Shown here piece by piece: positions 1-14,936 of a DNA stretch of 64,000 bases. This DNA comes from Chrysomallon squamiferum (Eukaryota > Animalia > Mollusca). The stretch lies in the NCBI GenBank assembly GCA_012295275.1, contig CM022679.1, forward strand, positions 248,001-312,000. The letters run 5' to 3'. Numbering within the stretch: the first letter of the stretch is position 1; the number at the start of each line of letters is the position of its first letter. The notes under the pieces are model-generated. The model made no database searches and had not been told where the DNA came from. It saw nothing but the letters and a program-made list of their open reading frames with translations. The position numbers and the translations under genes are program-made.

Positions 1-745
1 ACTGTTTACTTCATTATATTTATAATTATATTATTTTGAAATAAAGATTTTATTTGTTAACTTTTTTTTATCCAATTATTGCTGAAATTAAGACAAAATC
101 TAAAAAAATAAAGCATTTTAGAAATACTTGTCAATAGATGAAAATGGTTATTAACACAAATATTCTTTAAGAATAAACTGAATAATGCTATTATACTGAT
201 TTCACTGATACAGAAGAGAAAATGTCTCACAAAAGTGAAAGACAACCATCTGATATTTCAGTTTCTCTCTAATAATTTACCTATCTGAGCACATCTCTAT
301 CATATCTATTTGTTTTTATCATATTTTATTGCTATTCATTGTAAAAATATGCCTTTACATTAACTGAATCATAAAATGAAAAGATTGATTTGTCATGGAT
401 ACTATTTGCAAAGTAAATCTGTTGATGGATACAAAACAAACAAGATGTATACTGTAGATCTATAAAATGAATTTATTTGCATGTGTAATGAAAAATTTAT
501 AATTGCTTTTATTACCTATAATACACTGAGGAGTGTGAATGCCAGTTTGTTATGTACAAATAAACAAATGTTGACAGCATGCATTCTTCCCAGGCAATGA
601 CGAGCTTAAATAAATAACAAATGCTCCTAAAGGTGAAAAAAGTAACAAATGCACTGATACGATATACAGATGAAATGAAAAAGTTGATTGGTATGACAAG
701 GTTTTGCTACACTCTACGTTTCCAGTCTGTACAGTAATAAATAAT

Positions 746-3700
746 TCAGAATCTTTCCCGCATGGATTTTAATCTCTGAGCAAAAAATGTTTCCAACACC
801 TCAGCACACTGGAAAAACGGAGAGTCATGTGGGTTGTAGAAACGACAATTGTCAAATATTTTTGTAACATCTTTTACGAAATCATTGAGTTTCTTGTACA
901 TCTTTGAATTAAGTCGCTTCTCCACAGTAGACAAATCTGAAATAAAACATTTTTAAATTTCAGTTTAAACAGTGACATCTGTACACTTCAGTTTAAACAC
1001 AGTAACATTTATACACATCAGTTTAAACACAGTAACATTTATACACATCAGTTTAAACACAGTAACATTTGTATGCTTCAGTTTAAACAGTAACATCTAT
1101 ACACTTCAGTTTAAACAGAGTAACATTTATAAATAACAAAAACACACATTTTGTAAAACAAAATCAGTCTGTTTTTAATCCTCTGACAATTTGTTTCTTT
1201 ATGTTAAAAAACCCTCCAACAAAAGAAAAATATCAAAGTAAGTTAATACTACAGATTGATTGTTAAATTCAAGAATGAAACTTTTTAATGTTGATTCACT
1301 CACCCATGGGATCTTTGACAACTTGATAATAATCAGGGACTTCCTTGGGGTCCACGGGTTCCAAAAATGGCCATGCCATCTTGTGTGACTGGAAAAAATA
1401 CGTATATTTTAAGAATTTTTTTACTCTTTTCATTAGACAGTAAACAATCATTGATAAATAAAAAAAATATTCCAATTGGTTAGATATTTTCTTCTTTATT
1501 ACTGTTTCAGTATTGAACACTGAAACATATAATTTAACAAAATACTGTTTTTATTACTTTGTACTAACAGATCAGTTTTATGTACAAAGAATACCTGCTG
1601 TATTTTCTTTAAAATTCTGTTTTCTCTGTTTTTCATATTTAACAAAATACTGTTTTTATTCCTGTGCCCTAACAGATCAAAGTTTTATATACAAAATACC
1701 TGCAGACTTCTGAGTAGTCGTCTGAGACATTCATACTCCTTGTCAGTGAGAGACTGCTGTGTAATAGGAGACTGCATCTCCTTCTGCTCACAGTTTGGAC
1801 ACAGGTAAGTGTCCATGCGGTCAGCCTCCTGTTTTGAGATCCCTACACACTCACCATGAAACCAGTCTTGACAGCGGTCACATCCAATGTAAAATCTTAA
1901 AACAAAATTTTAACATCAATCACATCCAGTGAAAAATCTTAATAAAACAAAATTTTAACATCAATCACATCCAATGTAAAATCTTAATAAAACAAAATAT
2001 TAACATCAATCACATCCAATGTAAAATCTTAATAAAATAATATCAAACATTAATTTATATTCAACATAAAAGAAAAAATGTCTGATCAGTGGATAGATAT
2101 GTGCTAATTTTACTGGAACTGTCGGTCATCAGTAATGAAATGATAGCTACATGTGCAAATTAACTTACTGAGATTCATCGTATGGAGTTCGACAAAGACA
2201 GTACAGCTCCTCTGACGTGTTTTCTTGCTGTTTCTTGCAGTCGTCACACACGTAGGAGTCAATATGGCGAGACTGATGTTGGCTTATTCCAACACATTCA
2301 CCATGGAACCAATTTGAGCACAGGTCACAACCAATGTAAAACCTGACAACAAATTATTTATCACAGAAAATTTAAAAACTAATTATTTATCTCAAACAAG
2401 TATTAAATTAATCAAAATGATTAAATTAAGAAAATCTAAGAAAACAATTTGATTGTTAACTGTGTTTTAAGAAAGGAGAGTTTTCACATGCTTTGCTAGA
2501 GACATCTTGTTGAAATGAGCATATAATAAATGATTACAGAGGATACACTGACTTGAAATTTTACACATGTTAGTGTCTTCTTTTAAGAATGTAAGAAATG
2601 AAAATTAATTATATAAAAAATGAATCCTGTATAAACTGAGTTAGACACTGACCTGCCCTCATCATATGGTGTTTTACAAATACAGTACAATCTTTCCTTC
2701 GGGTTGAACGCTCGACTGCCCCCAGTTGATATCAACTTTTGTTTCTTTCTGCCAGACGGTATTGACAGCTGAGGCATCATGGGAACTGCACTGAGAGGTT
2801 CAGCTTTCTTTTTACCAATACTCACTGCATTGTGGGCACCTTTTGGGGAGGTAATCTTAGTAGGAGATTTACTCTGTTTTTTCAAATCAGCCAATTCAAG
2901 CTGCAAAAATTACACAAAAGAAAAACAGAGTTGTAAGTTTTAGCATAATCATTAAGATTAATATAAACACTTATTGTTTCTATCCAGTGTCATAAGCAGA
3001 GGCAATGAATGAAAGATTAGAGTGCAGTAGTCAGTCAGTCCTGCCTGCAGTAGCGTGTAAGTTAAGAAAATTAACAATGATTACAAGTTTTTAACAAGTT
3101 TACCATGATGTCTTGTTGAAGATTCTTCTCCATAACAGATCTTTTTCTGAGAATTTCCTTTTTCAAACTTTCCTTATGTTTGAAGAGTGCCCCCTGCAGT
3201 TTGGTCATCAATAATCGCTTCTGTTTCTCCTCCGCTGATTCCTGTTTGCGTTGTCTCTTCTGTTCTAGTCGGTCCTCTTTCTCTATCTTGTCAAGTATAG
3301 ACTTCAGTGTCTGACCACACACAGCTAATCTGAAACATCAAAACATTCTTCATCAACCCTTCCATTCCACTATGTAGTGACTTTTCTAACAAACTATTTC
3401 AGGAAAAAACTAGATGTGATCACTTTACCTCATCTGGTCTTCTTTCTGAGCCTGAGTGAGAACAGGTTTCTGTTTGGTTTTTCCAGTGTCGCTTGTTGCT
3501 GCTGTCACAGTCTGTGGTTTAGAAGCAGACACTGGACTAGGGACAGGGGCTATTGCTATTTTTGGTCCTGTCTGCTGAGTCTGGATCTGTCGCTGCATGG
3601 CCAACAACTTGGCCTGAATTTCAGGAGTCTGATTCTGCATGAGGGCCTGCCTAACAACTGAAAAGAAAATGTTTAACACTCTTAACCTCATTATAAAACT

Positions 3701-6700
3701 ATTAAATGCTGTATTTTAATTAATACACAATTTTAGATAATCCTCAAATTATAAATACTTTAATGTAAAATCTCACCTTGTTGAACAACTTGTGGCGTGA
3801 TGGCGTATTTTTGAGCGGCAGTCAGTGTGGGTGATGTTGTGGTTGTTGGTGACATTAAAGGTGGAGATCCAACAGGTGAAGATACTAGCACTGAGGTTCG
3901 TGCTGGTGATAGCAGCTGCACTGGTGATGTCATCACTGTGGATAGAGTAGGTGTAGCAGTAGTTGCTGTAGTCACTGCTGGAGAGACTACTGTGGTAAGT
4001 ACAGTCTGTGTTGTTGGCTGTGGAGTGACAACTGTTAAAGTTGGCAGCTGACCTGCTGATGTTGTAGATGTTGCTATGACAGTGGGAGGTCTAACTACTC
4101 CTGTTGTGAGCACTGTAGGCTGGCGAGTGTTGGTGCCAGTCAGAATTGTGACAGGACGTGTGGTAGCTGCTGCTACACCCACAGGTCTGGGGATACTTGT
4201 GATTACTGTCTGACCTCTGATGCTGACTTGCTGTGCCAAGGGTCGGGGCATTGCTCGGGCTATTATTGGAGTTGATGTGGAGCCAATCACTGAAATGGGT
4301 TTTACTGGACTTGCTGATGACACAGTAGACAGGGTTGGTGTTGAAACGATGGACTTGATGACATGTGGTGTGGTGATGCTGTTTACAGCAGTCTGCTGGG
4401 TAATCAGAGATGTGCCAGTAGTTTTAGCAATAGTTGTTATGACTGTTGGTTTAGCCACAGTGGGAGTGTTTGTCAAAACAGCACTGGATGACAAAACTTT
4501 TGCTGCTTGAGTAATGGATGTTGATGCTGATGACATGACTGTAGCTGCTGCTGCAGATACGATGCTGCCGTGGACACCACCTGAGGACAGTGAAGTCCCT
4601 GATGGTACTACAATTCTGGTTTGAGGAACATTTGTTGCAGATGTGGCAGCCACGCCTGATGATGTGTTCACCACAATAGCTGTTGGAGTACGAACCACTG
4701 TGGGTGAAGGCCTGACAGGCTGTGATATAACGTTGATACCACTGCTCACTACTGACGTGGGTGTCGACACAGCAGGACTAGAGGTTGGAAGAGTTATCAG
4801 CTGAAGTCTGCCATCAGGTAATCTAATTATCTGCTGACCTGTAACACATTATGTATTAGTTCATGTAAGCTTATTCTTCTATCATTTTTCTATATTTTTT
4901 TCTTTACTTTATATTTTACACTTTTTTCCTCCTAATACACACATGCACAAATGGTTCATTTAATAAATGCAAAAAAAACCAACAACTTTCAAATATTAAA
5001 GTTTTACAAATATTCAAAAACTATATATAAAACTATTAATCATTTCATATACATTATACTACATAGATTTTACATCAATATATTAAATACATAATATTTA
5101 ATACTGATATAATACATGCATAATATTCATATTACTCATATATTAAATACATAATATTATACTTATATTACAGACACTGCTGGTACCAATGGACAAAAAT
5201 GCTGACATTTCAGATATCTAAACTTTTATATTTTTTTGTACTGTACATGAAATCACAGAGAGAGGGAGAGAGAAAAAAACGAAATGTTTGATGTAAAAGT
5301 AAGTATTTAAAAAGCATGTACCTGGCAGTAGTCCACGCACTTGCAGCTGTCCCTGTGCTCCCTGAATGATCTGAACGTTCTGAACCTGGCCAGGCAAGCC
5401 CTGGGCAACCACTTGGGGACGGATTTGAACTGTTGAAAATGACAAAAATAACAAGTGTGTCTGAGACTGAAAGAACCATGTTTCCAGCCTTGATACAGTA
5501 ATTATGTTTTTAGTTGTTTTTTTGTTTTAACATGAAATATTTGAATCAAAAAAAAAAAAAAAAAAAAAAAAAAATTAAAATTATATACCTTTTGTGGTCT
5601 GGAGTTGCTGGCCTGGTGTAACCACTTTAGTAATGGTTGTATTGGGAGTAACAACACTGGTTGTGTTGGGTGTGCCTGGTTTGGGGGCAAGGGTCACTGT
5701 GGTGGTGGGTCGGAGAGTGATCATTGTGCTGCCTGGTATCTGTACACGAACCCCGGGTCGTATAGTAGTAGCTGAAAAACAAACATCAGTGAAATAGTGT
5801 GAACAGGAGAACAGAAATCTTTCTACTTCATTTATACGCTTGTGATAACTGTAAAAATATTCCAGTAAAACCACTTAATTCTACCTTGAATTCCTGCAGC
5901 TGATATGACAGTTTTTGGATGCACTTGCACCTGTTTGATGATAGTGGGTGTGTTGGGTGACCCTGACGTAGCCACGGTGATAGTTTTTATGTGAGCTGGG
6001 AGACCCGCAGATGATGTTGTCAGTATGGTGCTTGATGATGTCAAGCCGCTGGTGGTGATGGCGATGATTTTGCCCCCTGCCTCCTGGACACGTTTTGCTT
6101 GCAGTGCTATACGCTGCTGTTTGAGCTGCTGCTCCATCTGTGCCTTGATCTGCTGTGGAGTCTGAGCTGATGTCTCCTTCTGTTTATCCTGTACAGCAGC
6201 TCTCTGTTTCTCCAGTCTGAAAAAACACATAGATGTTAACTAAAATACAAACACATATTAACTACAACACATATATATTAAAACAACACATATACTTCTG
6301 TTGATCCTGTTAAACACAATATTATTAAGTCTAAAACACATAACATTAATATAAAACATGATATTAGTCTAAAACAGAGATGTTTTATTTTGAAGCAGCC
6401 TCTTCATTTAATTTTTACACATGGAAACTATCAATTTACTTAGATCTACACTAAATGCATATATGTGGTATATAATGAAGTGAAGGCACATATACAAAAG
6501 AGGTTACAAAAATGATGTGAAGATGCTCAGTCTTACTTTTCTCCAAACTGTTTGATTTCCCACAATTCCAGATCCTCTTCAGCTACCCATGACTCAGTGA
6601 CACTTGGGTCTGTCTGTTTAGGAGATTCTGCCCTCTTTCGTTCTCTCAACCCACTTCGCTGTGGAGTGTACTTCTCTGAAAAAACAAAGTAAACATCTTT

Positions 6701-9700
6701 GTACTGTCAGTGATAAATGTAAATCTCCATAATTTAACTTTTTGACAGTGTTTCTGTACAGCCAACATTCTGAGAAAATAAATAATGTACACAAATGTCA
6801 CTTTAGGATGACAAGTATAAATGAAAATAAACAAACACTATAGATATATAAAATTTTACCTTTAGGCTGTGCTGCAATGCCAATGGGGACAACAATCTTA
6901 CGAACGAGAAATTCTGACCTCAGATTAAATGGTCCTACATCTCTTCGTTTCAGCAATTCTGTTGTGGTGATTTCTGTTTCTGTGGAGACAGTGTTTGTCC
7001 CACCTGCTGGTGATTTGACTGCCATGTCATCCCACCTCAGACAGGCCCATAACTGTCGGAACTGTGATGCAGCAGCAGCAAGTGTTTTAAGTGTCTGAGT
7101 GCGGAATCGCCAACAGGTTCGAAACACAGGTCTTGCACAAGGATAAATCCAGTTCACATTGTTCATTTTACAGTTGTAGTTGAATCCTGCTGCCTCCTTG
7201 TTACCCTGTTTCCGTGCTAATTTATATACCTCATGCTTCTCAAGAATAAATATACTTTTCTTCCTCAAGGACGTACGGAATTTCTGACATACAGGCAGGC
7301 TGGATTTGCCTCGGCTTGCAGCACCCTTACCCCTCCTCCCTGGTGCTATTCTTGTGAACTTTGCTAGTTTAAATTTGTCAGATGTTTTGCGGATGGGAGG
7401 CAGTTTAGCATTCAGATCTTTGATACTCATCTTGGCTATGGCCTGTTGCAGGGCCATTTGAGCCTGGGACAAACTCACTCCAGCTCGTGTTGCCAGCAGC
7501 TGGGCCACTGAGGATGGGTCAGGTATTGGCAGACTGGAAAAAGGAACATTCTTAGTGTCACAAGAACTGTCTTTTGATTCATGTTTATCTTCAGTTTCTG
7601 AGCTGCCATCTTTAGTTGCCTTTGAGTCGTCCTTGAAATAACTGTCATTGGAATTCTCATCTGATGAAGATGTTGCTCTCAGAGTATTTAACAGATTTGC
7701 TGAGGCTGTACCGTTTGATTTGAGATCCTTATCTCCTTCTACATCAATCTCTTCATCTTCTGTGTTTGCTGTGCCACGGCTTTTTTCAGTAGAATGTCCT
7801 TGATCTGCAGATGTTTTGGATTCTGATTTACAAGCCTGAATACACAGAGGTGAATAACACTTTGATCCTTGTCTGCACAGAATGGAGTAACACGCATACT
7901 TAGCACTGCTGTCTCCATTTACCTGACACAAGCCCTTCACTTTCTCACAGTTTACTTCTTGCTTTACATCTCTGTCTTCACACTTGACTTCCTTCTTCAC
8001 TTCGTCTTTATTAAGTACATCTCTGATCTCCTCTCCATCTTCTTTCTTCACTCCATCTTTGTTAAGTACATCTTCAACTTTGATTTCTTCTTTCACATCT
8101 ATCCTTTCCTCTTTAACTTTTGATTCCTCCTTTTCCTTGGACACTTTCTGGTTGTTCTGATACTTAAGTTTCCACTGAATCTGCTGCTCCAGTGCTTGCC
8201 TCTGTTTCTTCTCCCACTCGTCCTGTTTCTGCCTCCTCTCAAGCAAATTGTCCAGTCTTGAGTATGGCTTTGTAACTTTTGGATAGTGAGTTCGTTCAAG
8301 CATAGCTTTACTGACATCAATCAAATCTTCTGCAACTTTTGGTGGTAAATGATACATGAAATCATCAGTGAATATTTCATATGTTTTCACAACCTCTTCC
8401 TTCACCTCACTCTCAGAGTCCATTGGTTCCTGCTTTACTCCATCTTCAACTTTGACCTTTGATTTGGACTTATCTGACTCTTTGACATTCTGTGAAAACT
8501 TCTCATCTGCTACATCTACTTTTGATTCCTTCAACTGCTCTTTGCTTTCTTGCTTAGTTTCCTTTTCTTTTGATGACTTTGTTTCAGAATCTGCCAATGG
8601 CTTTGTTTCTGAATCTGCTGAAAGGTTAGTTTCTGTATTTAATGACTCATTTGTTTCAGAATCTGCTGATGTTTCCAAACTTGTTGGTGGTCCATGACTG
8701 GAGTTTCCAAAGCTGTCTTCTGCATCAATGGAATCAACTTCCATTTTGACTTCAATGATTTCAGTTTTATCTGAATCACTTTCTTCATTTCTGTCTTCAC
8801 ACTCCATCTTTTCCTCTTTACCAGTCTGCTCACTATCTTGTGTTGTATTTTTACAATCCCCTGTTGAACTCTTTGCCTTCAGTGCTTTCCTGCGTCGTGC
8901 TCGCATTTTAGCAGCGACACTACGCAGACCAACGCTGTCCTGCGGTACAAAACTGTACACACGAACAGAGCTCACCCACAACCAGCCATTGCCACCGGTA
9001 ACACGATACTCTTCTCCTCGCTGCTTCCACACCTGCAAACACAAAACAAAACAACCTTATTTTAACATGCTCTATTCTTCCTCACTTTAATCTTGTTTAG
9101 AAAGTTGAATTAAAAAAAAACAAAAACTAACTTTTAAAAAATAAACTGATTACATTTTGATAAATATCTTTATCAAAAACAACAGAAGTTCAGGCTCAGA
9201 ATGATTAATTTAAGTTAATATAGGTTGGTTAAGTAATGAGCTCAAACATTCCAACATGGATGTTAAAACATGTTATACCTGATGTTTGAGACCAAGTGGG
9301 TACTTGATCCACACAACTGGTCGACCCAAATCTTCTTCTTCCTTCATTTTTCTCATCTCTTTGTCTCGCTTCTTCAACTCCTCACGTTCCAAGGTTGTCA
9401 ATCGACACAGCCTTGTATGACCTAAATATTTGTAACCATATAAATATGTAGCTAAATACATTAAGTCTGAAAAGAGTAGGTGTTAAAAGTTACTGCCTTA
9501 CTGAATTTATTTCTGAAACTGCAGTCATACCTATCATTAAACAAATGACAGCAAGTAGGAAAACAATATTTAGTTCTACTACAAGCCTCTAATACCAAAC
9601 AATTCTGCTGAGAAAAAGTTGATGCAATACCCAAGTTTATTCACGGTGTAATTAAAAAGAAACATTAAAATATAACACTGTTACCTAAGGAATCCTGCCA

Positions 9701-12700
9701 GACTGGTAGAAAGAGTACAGGTTTGATACAAGCTTCTAGAATAGCAAGAGCCAGACCAAAGTCTTGTGGGTTCTGACACATGTGTACAGCTTTCTGCCAG
9801 TTCTGTCGATGAACTGACCAGTTGGGGTGGAGGAATGGTGTGGGAATGTTGTTTTCTAGTTGAGTGATACTCAGTCGCAGTGTGGACACCACTAGTGAAC
9901 GACTGCCATAGACTGAACCATTCCACTTGAAGTCACTGGCGGGAGTGAGACTGAATTTATGAGACAAGTGACGTCGTTTGTCTCTCTCCTCATTGTGCTG
10001 GTGTTTGTTGAGTGCCAGAGTGTTGGTGGAATACTGGTTCTGATATAACTTGTAGTTGCCTTCATTACCTGATTAAAAACAGATATAATAAATAAAAATA
10101 CATCCACCCCATGCACAAATAAAATAAAATTTGAAGTCAATGTTTGAATGAATGTTACATTTCAGAAGAATAAACAATTTCAAACACTTGGTTGAAAAAT
10201 GCACAACATATGAAAAGAGCAATATTCAAAAAAGAAAGTGGAAGTGTACACACCCAGCCTGAAGTAAATAGAATGCTGAGACACAGCAGATGACACTGCA
10301 CTTTTACTTCTGGTAATGCGAGAGATTTCACCCTCTTTGTTGATGATCAAAATCTCATCTGACGATGTCTTGCCTGTGGTTTTCAGTGACCCTGTTGTAC
10401 CTGTCACAGAATCTGTGAACTGTTTTGGAGTCAGAGACCCAGTTTTTGACCGAGTGAGAATTTTCCGTGTTTCAAGAGCTGAAACAAATTAATTATTCAT
10501 TTTTATAAACAAAAACAATCTGTTCAACCCTAGTCCATTAATAAAGATTATAAAAACAGAAATATCAGAAAAAAGTGAATAAAAAAGAAAAAGAAAAAGT
10601 AGTTAAAAAAGGCCAGTCTTTAGAAAGCAAACATGCTGACAGATAACTATATAAAATTCATATTCCACAATGAATTTCTATCTCAGCATTGTTATACTCA
10701 GTCAGAAACATTAATGCTGTATTAACACAGTTAATTTAGTTTGAAGGAGAGTCACTATTAAACTATATAATTTGTTTACTTGAAATCACACTAGATGTTG
10801 TTGTAGTTGTCTGATTGGCTTGTGTCATCACACTTGAAGCATTTGTCAGTGGTTTAGTAGCCACCTGAAGAGTGACTTTGCCTCCTTCTCGGTTTACAAC
10901 AAGAACTGTTTTAGTCTGTGTGGTTGATGTTCCGTTTGACTGTCCATCCATCTTGAGGATTGTAGCTTTAGAATTAGGAAACGCTGACTGTAAACTCAAA
11001 ATGGTTGGTTTTATAGGATCCTCATTCTCACCAGTCTTACCATCACTCTGACTAGCAGTTTGATTTTCAATGCTGTTGCTGCTGCTGTTGTTGTTGTTAC
11101 TTTCTTCCACTGGCTGAGATCTGGGGTGGGCTGATACAGAATCTGAATTGTTTGTGGTTTCAGAGGATGTTTTGGGTGTTTCTTTAGAAACATCTTTCTG
11201 TAACACTGTGGCTGCATCTCCCCCACCTAGGGATGGAACTGATTCAGCAACTATGGACGTCTCCTAAACAAAATAACATTAATGCAATTTTAAAAACTTC
11301 AAAAATAGAGTGGAATAATTTCTGATCACCTTTTGGCTTCAAAAAAACAAAAAATAAGTAAACAGACATTACTGATTTATCAAAAACAATTTGTTTTGAA
11401 AAACATGAATCATTTTGGATGATGAAGCTTCGAGTAAAAATAAAAAAATCAGCACTTACAACACTCAAGTCTCTATCTGCATTTGAATCACCACCACCCT
11501 CACAGTTATCTCCCTTGCTCTCTCCATCTTGTTTACTAGATTTTTCTTTCTTCCTTGCTGCTTCCTCTTCTCTTCGTTTCTGTTCTTCTTCTTCTTTTGC
11601 TTTTTTTTCAGCTTCTTCTTTTGCTTTCTGTGATGCTCTTTCACTCTGTATCTTCAAAAGCTGGGCTACAGTGGAGATTTTATCATTTTTATAAACTTTT
11701 ATCATTAAACAAAAGTTAATAGACATATATCTTGAGCTTCAGAATTATAAATCTATTGCTGCATTGCAGTTTGATGAATATCAAATTTTGTTTTAGTTAA
11801 AAAAAAGAGGAAAAATCATTCACTGAAAATTGTCACATTATGGGTGTATAAAACTTGAAGAAAATAAAATATTATTTTTATTTTAAGATTATCCTTTGTC
11901 CGTAATAAAATAATAATAATAATAATAATAATAACCATTCTCCATGCTGAGTATTGACTTCTTGTTGCCTCTGGCTGCATTGGTCAGCTCTTCAGTGAGG
12001 GCCATTTGTTTATAGATGTCATCTTTCATTTCTGTTATAGCTAACACGAGATCTCGTTCCCACACCTTATGATCAAGATGTTCTAACAGCTCATCCAGCT
12101 GTGGCTTGGTGCTGTAGTACCACACTTCACTGTCACTCTCTCTAAAACACAAGTAAAACAAGTTACAAGTTTATCTAGCTGTCATTCTCACTAAGTTAAA
12201 TCACAGTGTTCTTAAAACAGATTCTAGCACATTTTTAAAGCAAAATTGGTTGAATATTGAGTAATTGCTTTTCTGATGTTCTACAATGTAATCCACAAAA
12301 CATTGTATATTACTGTACACACAGGACTGGTGATGCAAAATGATAGAGAAAGATAAAAAGAAAATCGTCAGTGACTACATGCCATTACATTAGCAGGTAG
12401 GGATCAAACAGACAGACAGACATATGGACAGAGAAAGTGAAAGAGAATGAAACTAATAATAAGAAATTTGTGTCATTTAAACACACTTGCTAATTTCACA
12501 TAATTTGTTAATTCCAGTGGAGATATTAATGTTTGATTTAGTTACTCACACTATGATTCTACGAATAAGAAACCAGTATTTCCGCCCATGACGATCAAAT
12601 CCAACAGCTTCTTGTCTACATAACATTCCACTCTTTTCTGCCTCAGATATGCAATCAGTAACTCCCTTCACCTGTACCAAAAAAAACCACCATACTCATA

Positions 12701-14208
12701 TCACACGCAATTAGTTCAGTGTAAAAATGTATTTTATTTTCAGTGTGAGGTTTATTAAAAAAAAAAAAAAATATGTGTCACAAATATTTATTATTAAAGT
12801 TGTGAGAAAATGAATTTACCTGATGAGCTCGACACACACTGCATAACCAGTCGTCTTCTGGAACCTCTTCCATCGGAGGATCGACACATGCGAGATGATA
12901 CACAGCAGAACACGTCTCACAGCAGAGCAAATCTCCAAGTCTAAAACATTTTTTTAATTACCAATTATAAAAATTTATAAAGTAATCTGACAAATGTTTT
13001 ACAACAAATCTCCAATTCTCTGTAACAGATATAATATTTTTACCAAAACATTTAAAACTTTTATTTGTTACAACAATATAGTACTTAAAAAAATAGGTAA
13101 AAAACAATATATGTATATTATGTAAGCACATTTCTAGCACAGCAGATCATTTATACATGGTGTTTTAAATGAAAATGGAGAAAAATGGCAAGTTGTAAAA
13201 ATTAAATTACACTCACTTGTGACATGCTCGGCAGTGATCATCGTAATGAATATTTCCTTCATTGGTAATTTCTTCTCTAACTTTGTTGGTGCCAAGAAAC
13301 AAGTCAGTGAGTGTTTGTAACACTTTCAACTTGTCTCCAACAGGCACATATGGGAATTCGGGCAATGTTAGAATGGGTAAAGCAGATCGGTATTCTTCAA
13401 GTCTGTCACTGTCCAAGTAGGCTCGTACTACCTCAGGCCATGTCATACCATCAATAAACAACAAAAATATATTAATGCTATCCTTGAGGTCCTGTGGTCC
13501 AAACACTGTGGCATTGCTTTCTTCTTCTCGCAGCAGAGATTTGATAAGACATATATGAATTTCTCCCATCATTGTACACTGATCTTCAGACAACAATGCT
13601 GCTGAAAAATCTTCAAATGAAAATGGTGACAATCGTAAAATAGTTCTAAAATGTCTTAACACTTCATAAATACCAACTGCTTGTAGTATAAGTGGCTGTG
13701 GTAGAGTAAGATCAGTAGCACTTGTTGGAAGTTCTAAAGGTGGTATGTCTCTATCATCCAGAAATTCTGGACTTCTGGGATGTCTTGGAAATAATTTTCG
13801 TCGACTAGCTGAACTGGTTGTGGTACTTATGCTGCCTTCACTGGCATCAGAATCAGACACTTCGTAGGAAGTGTCAGACTCGTCGCCGTCCAAACCAATT
13901 GGGTACAGGTCTGAAATGTCACTTGCTCTGTCACCGTCCAAATCTGCTGCCAAACTGGAAGAATCCTCATCTTCCCCTACAAACTGACTGAAAAATGCTC
14001 TAGATTTAAGTGCAGATTCACGACCTCGTCCTCTACTTCTAAAATACACTGCACCTGGGGAGTTACCCCCAACTGGCGTACTTGAACGGGAACTATGTTC
14101 ACTTGACGGAGTTTGGTAGGCTTTCGGTTTTCTCAAGAAATTGGAACGATTAGTTGACAAAGGGGTCTTAGGAGGTCGACCCCTCGAACGCCTTGATCGT
14201 GTTGCCAT
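746..14208 (-). CDS. BPTF: Nucleosome-remodeling factor subunit BPTF/NURF301 (multi-exon, ~22 coding exons)
   Basis: Exon 1 (14208-13217) starts [14 protein letters not shown] (AT-hook-like) and has the DDT region ([25 protein letters not shown]), then PHD1 (DDHCRACHK|[10 protein letters not shown]...) and [11 protein letters not shown]. The C-terminus has two PHD fingers ([21 protein letters not shown]; [21 protein letters not shown]) and a bromodomain ([10 protein letters not shown]...DYY..VKDPMDL...NCRFYN). Approximate GT-AG exons: 13217-14208, 12820-12940, 12550-12671, 11936-12141, 11460-11665, 10779-11264, 10253-10478, 9685-10069, 9279-9422, 6860-9032, 6537-6676, 5885-6217, 5589-5772, 5322-5431, 3777-4838, 3429-3657, 3104-3329, 2653-2900, 2169-2342, 1700-1895, 1304-1388, 746-936. 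Confidence 0.96.
958..1131. repeat. ~29-30 bp minisatellite (cagtttaaacacagtaacatttatacacat) in last BPTF intron
   Basis: About 6 tandem copies visible. Confidence 0.85.
1879..2040. repeat. ~45 bp tandem repeat overlapping a BPTF splice acceptor
   Basis: cacatccaatgtaaaatcttaataaaacaaaattttaacatcaat x~4; on the - strand each copy reads ...taag|ATTTTACATTGGATGTG (FYIGC exon start). Confidence 0.85.
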
Positions 14209-14936
14209 GCTTAAAAATTCAAATATTTTTGAAAGCCTGGTTGTCTTACAAACATTTACCAAGAACCTTCATATATGTATCGCTGGCATTGATGGGTAAT
14301 TTTGAGTCCATGTTGAACAGATTTGGAAGCCGCCATTTTTCCAAATGCAGGTCACGTGACTGTCATGGCCTATCTTCAAGTGTCCTACTAAAGTTATTTT
14401 GTGCGTATCATCTTATATTACCGTCATTTGTAATCAAAATATAATTTATCATCACATAATTGTGATTTTCAAATAGCAAAACGCTGTTTTACCTGTTTGT
14501 TCAGAACAAACAAAAAGTATCCACCAAAATCTAACGAAATATCATCGCTTAGAAAAATCCATCCCTATTCATATAACGAAGTTTACCATTGGCTAAAGCA
14601 ATTTGCCAATTTTTCAGAAATCTGTTTGCGGTCCATATAAAACGTTATCACTGATAATCAGGCTTATGTATTTTCAAATTTTAGTTCACAGAGTTTACAG
14701 CATAAGTACTGATATTTATTAAAACATTCAAAACAATCAGCAATTAACAAGTAAATCGAATGACATTTTATCCAATCAAAATGGTTAACACAAAATCAGG
14801 TAATGTTGCCCTATTTATATTTCCGCTAGGTGTCGCCATGATTAAATGGTCTCTATTACTCAAGCTATTTGTCATAATATTTTGTTTAATAATTGAAACG
14901 ACAACGTTTTTCGAAACTTGCATGTAGATCGAAAGC
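14209..14936. promoter_or_regulatory. Probable bidirectional promoter between BPTF and AIMP2
   Basis: Divergent start codons ~730 bp apart; YY1-like GCCGCCATTTT at 14329-14339; palindromic E-box GTCACGTGAC at 14351-14360. Confidence 0.6.

Noticed and set aside
3827-9090. Several + strand ORFs (74-120 aa)
   Set aside because: Antisense shadows of low-complexity BPTF exons.
14209-14262. N-terminal extension of BPTF in the ORF track (MVNVCK...)
   Set aside because: Begins at a non-ATG codon; first in-frame ATG is at 14208.
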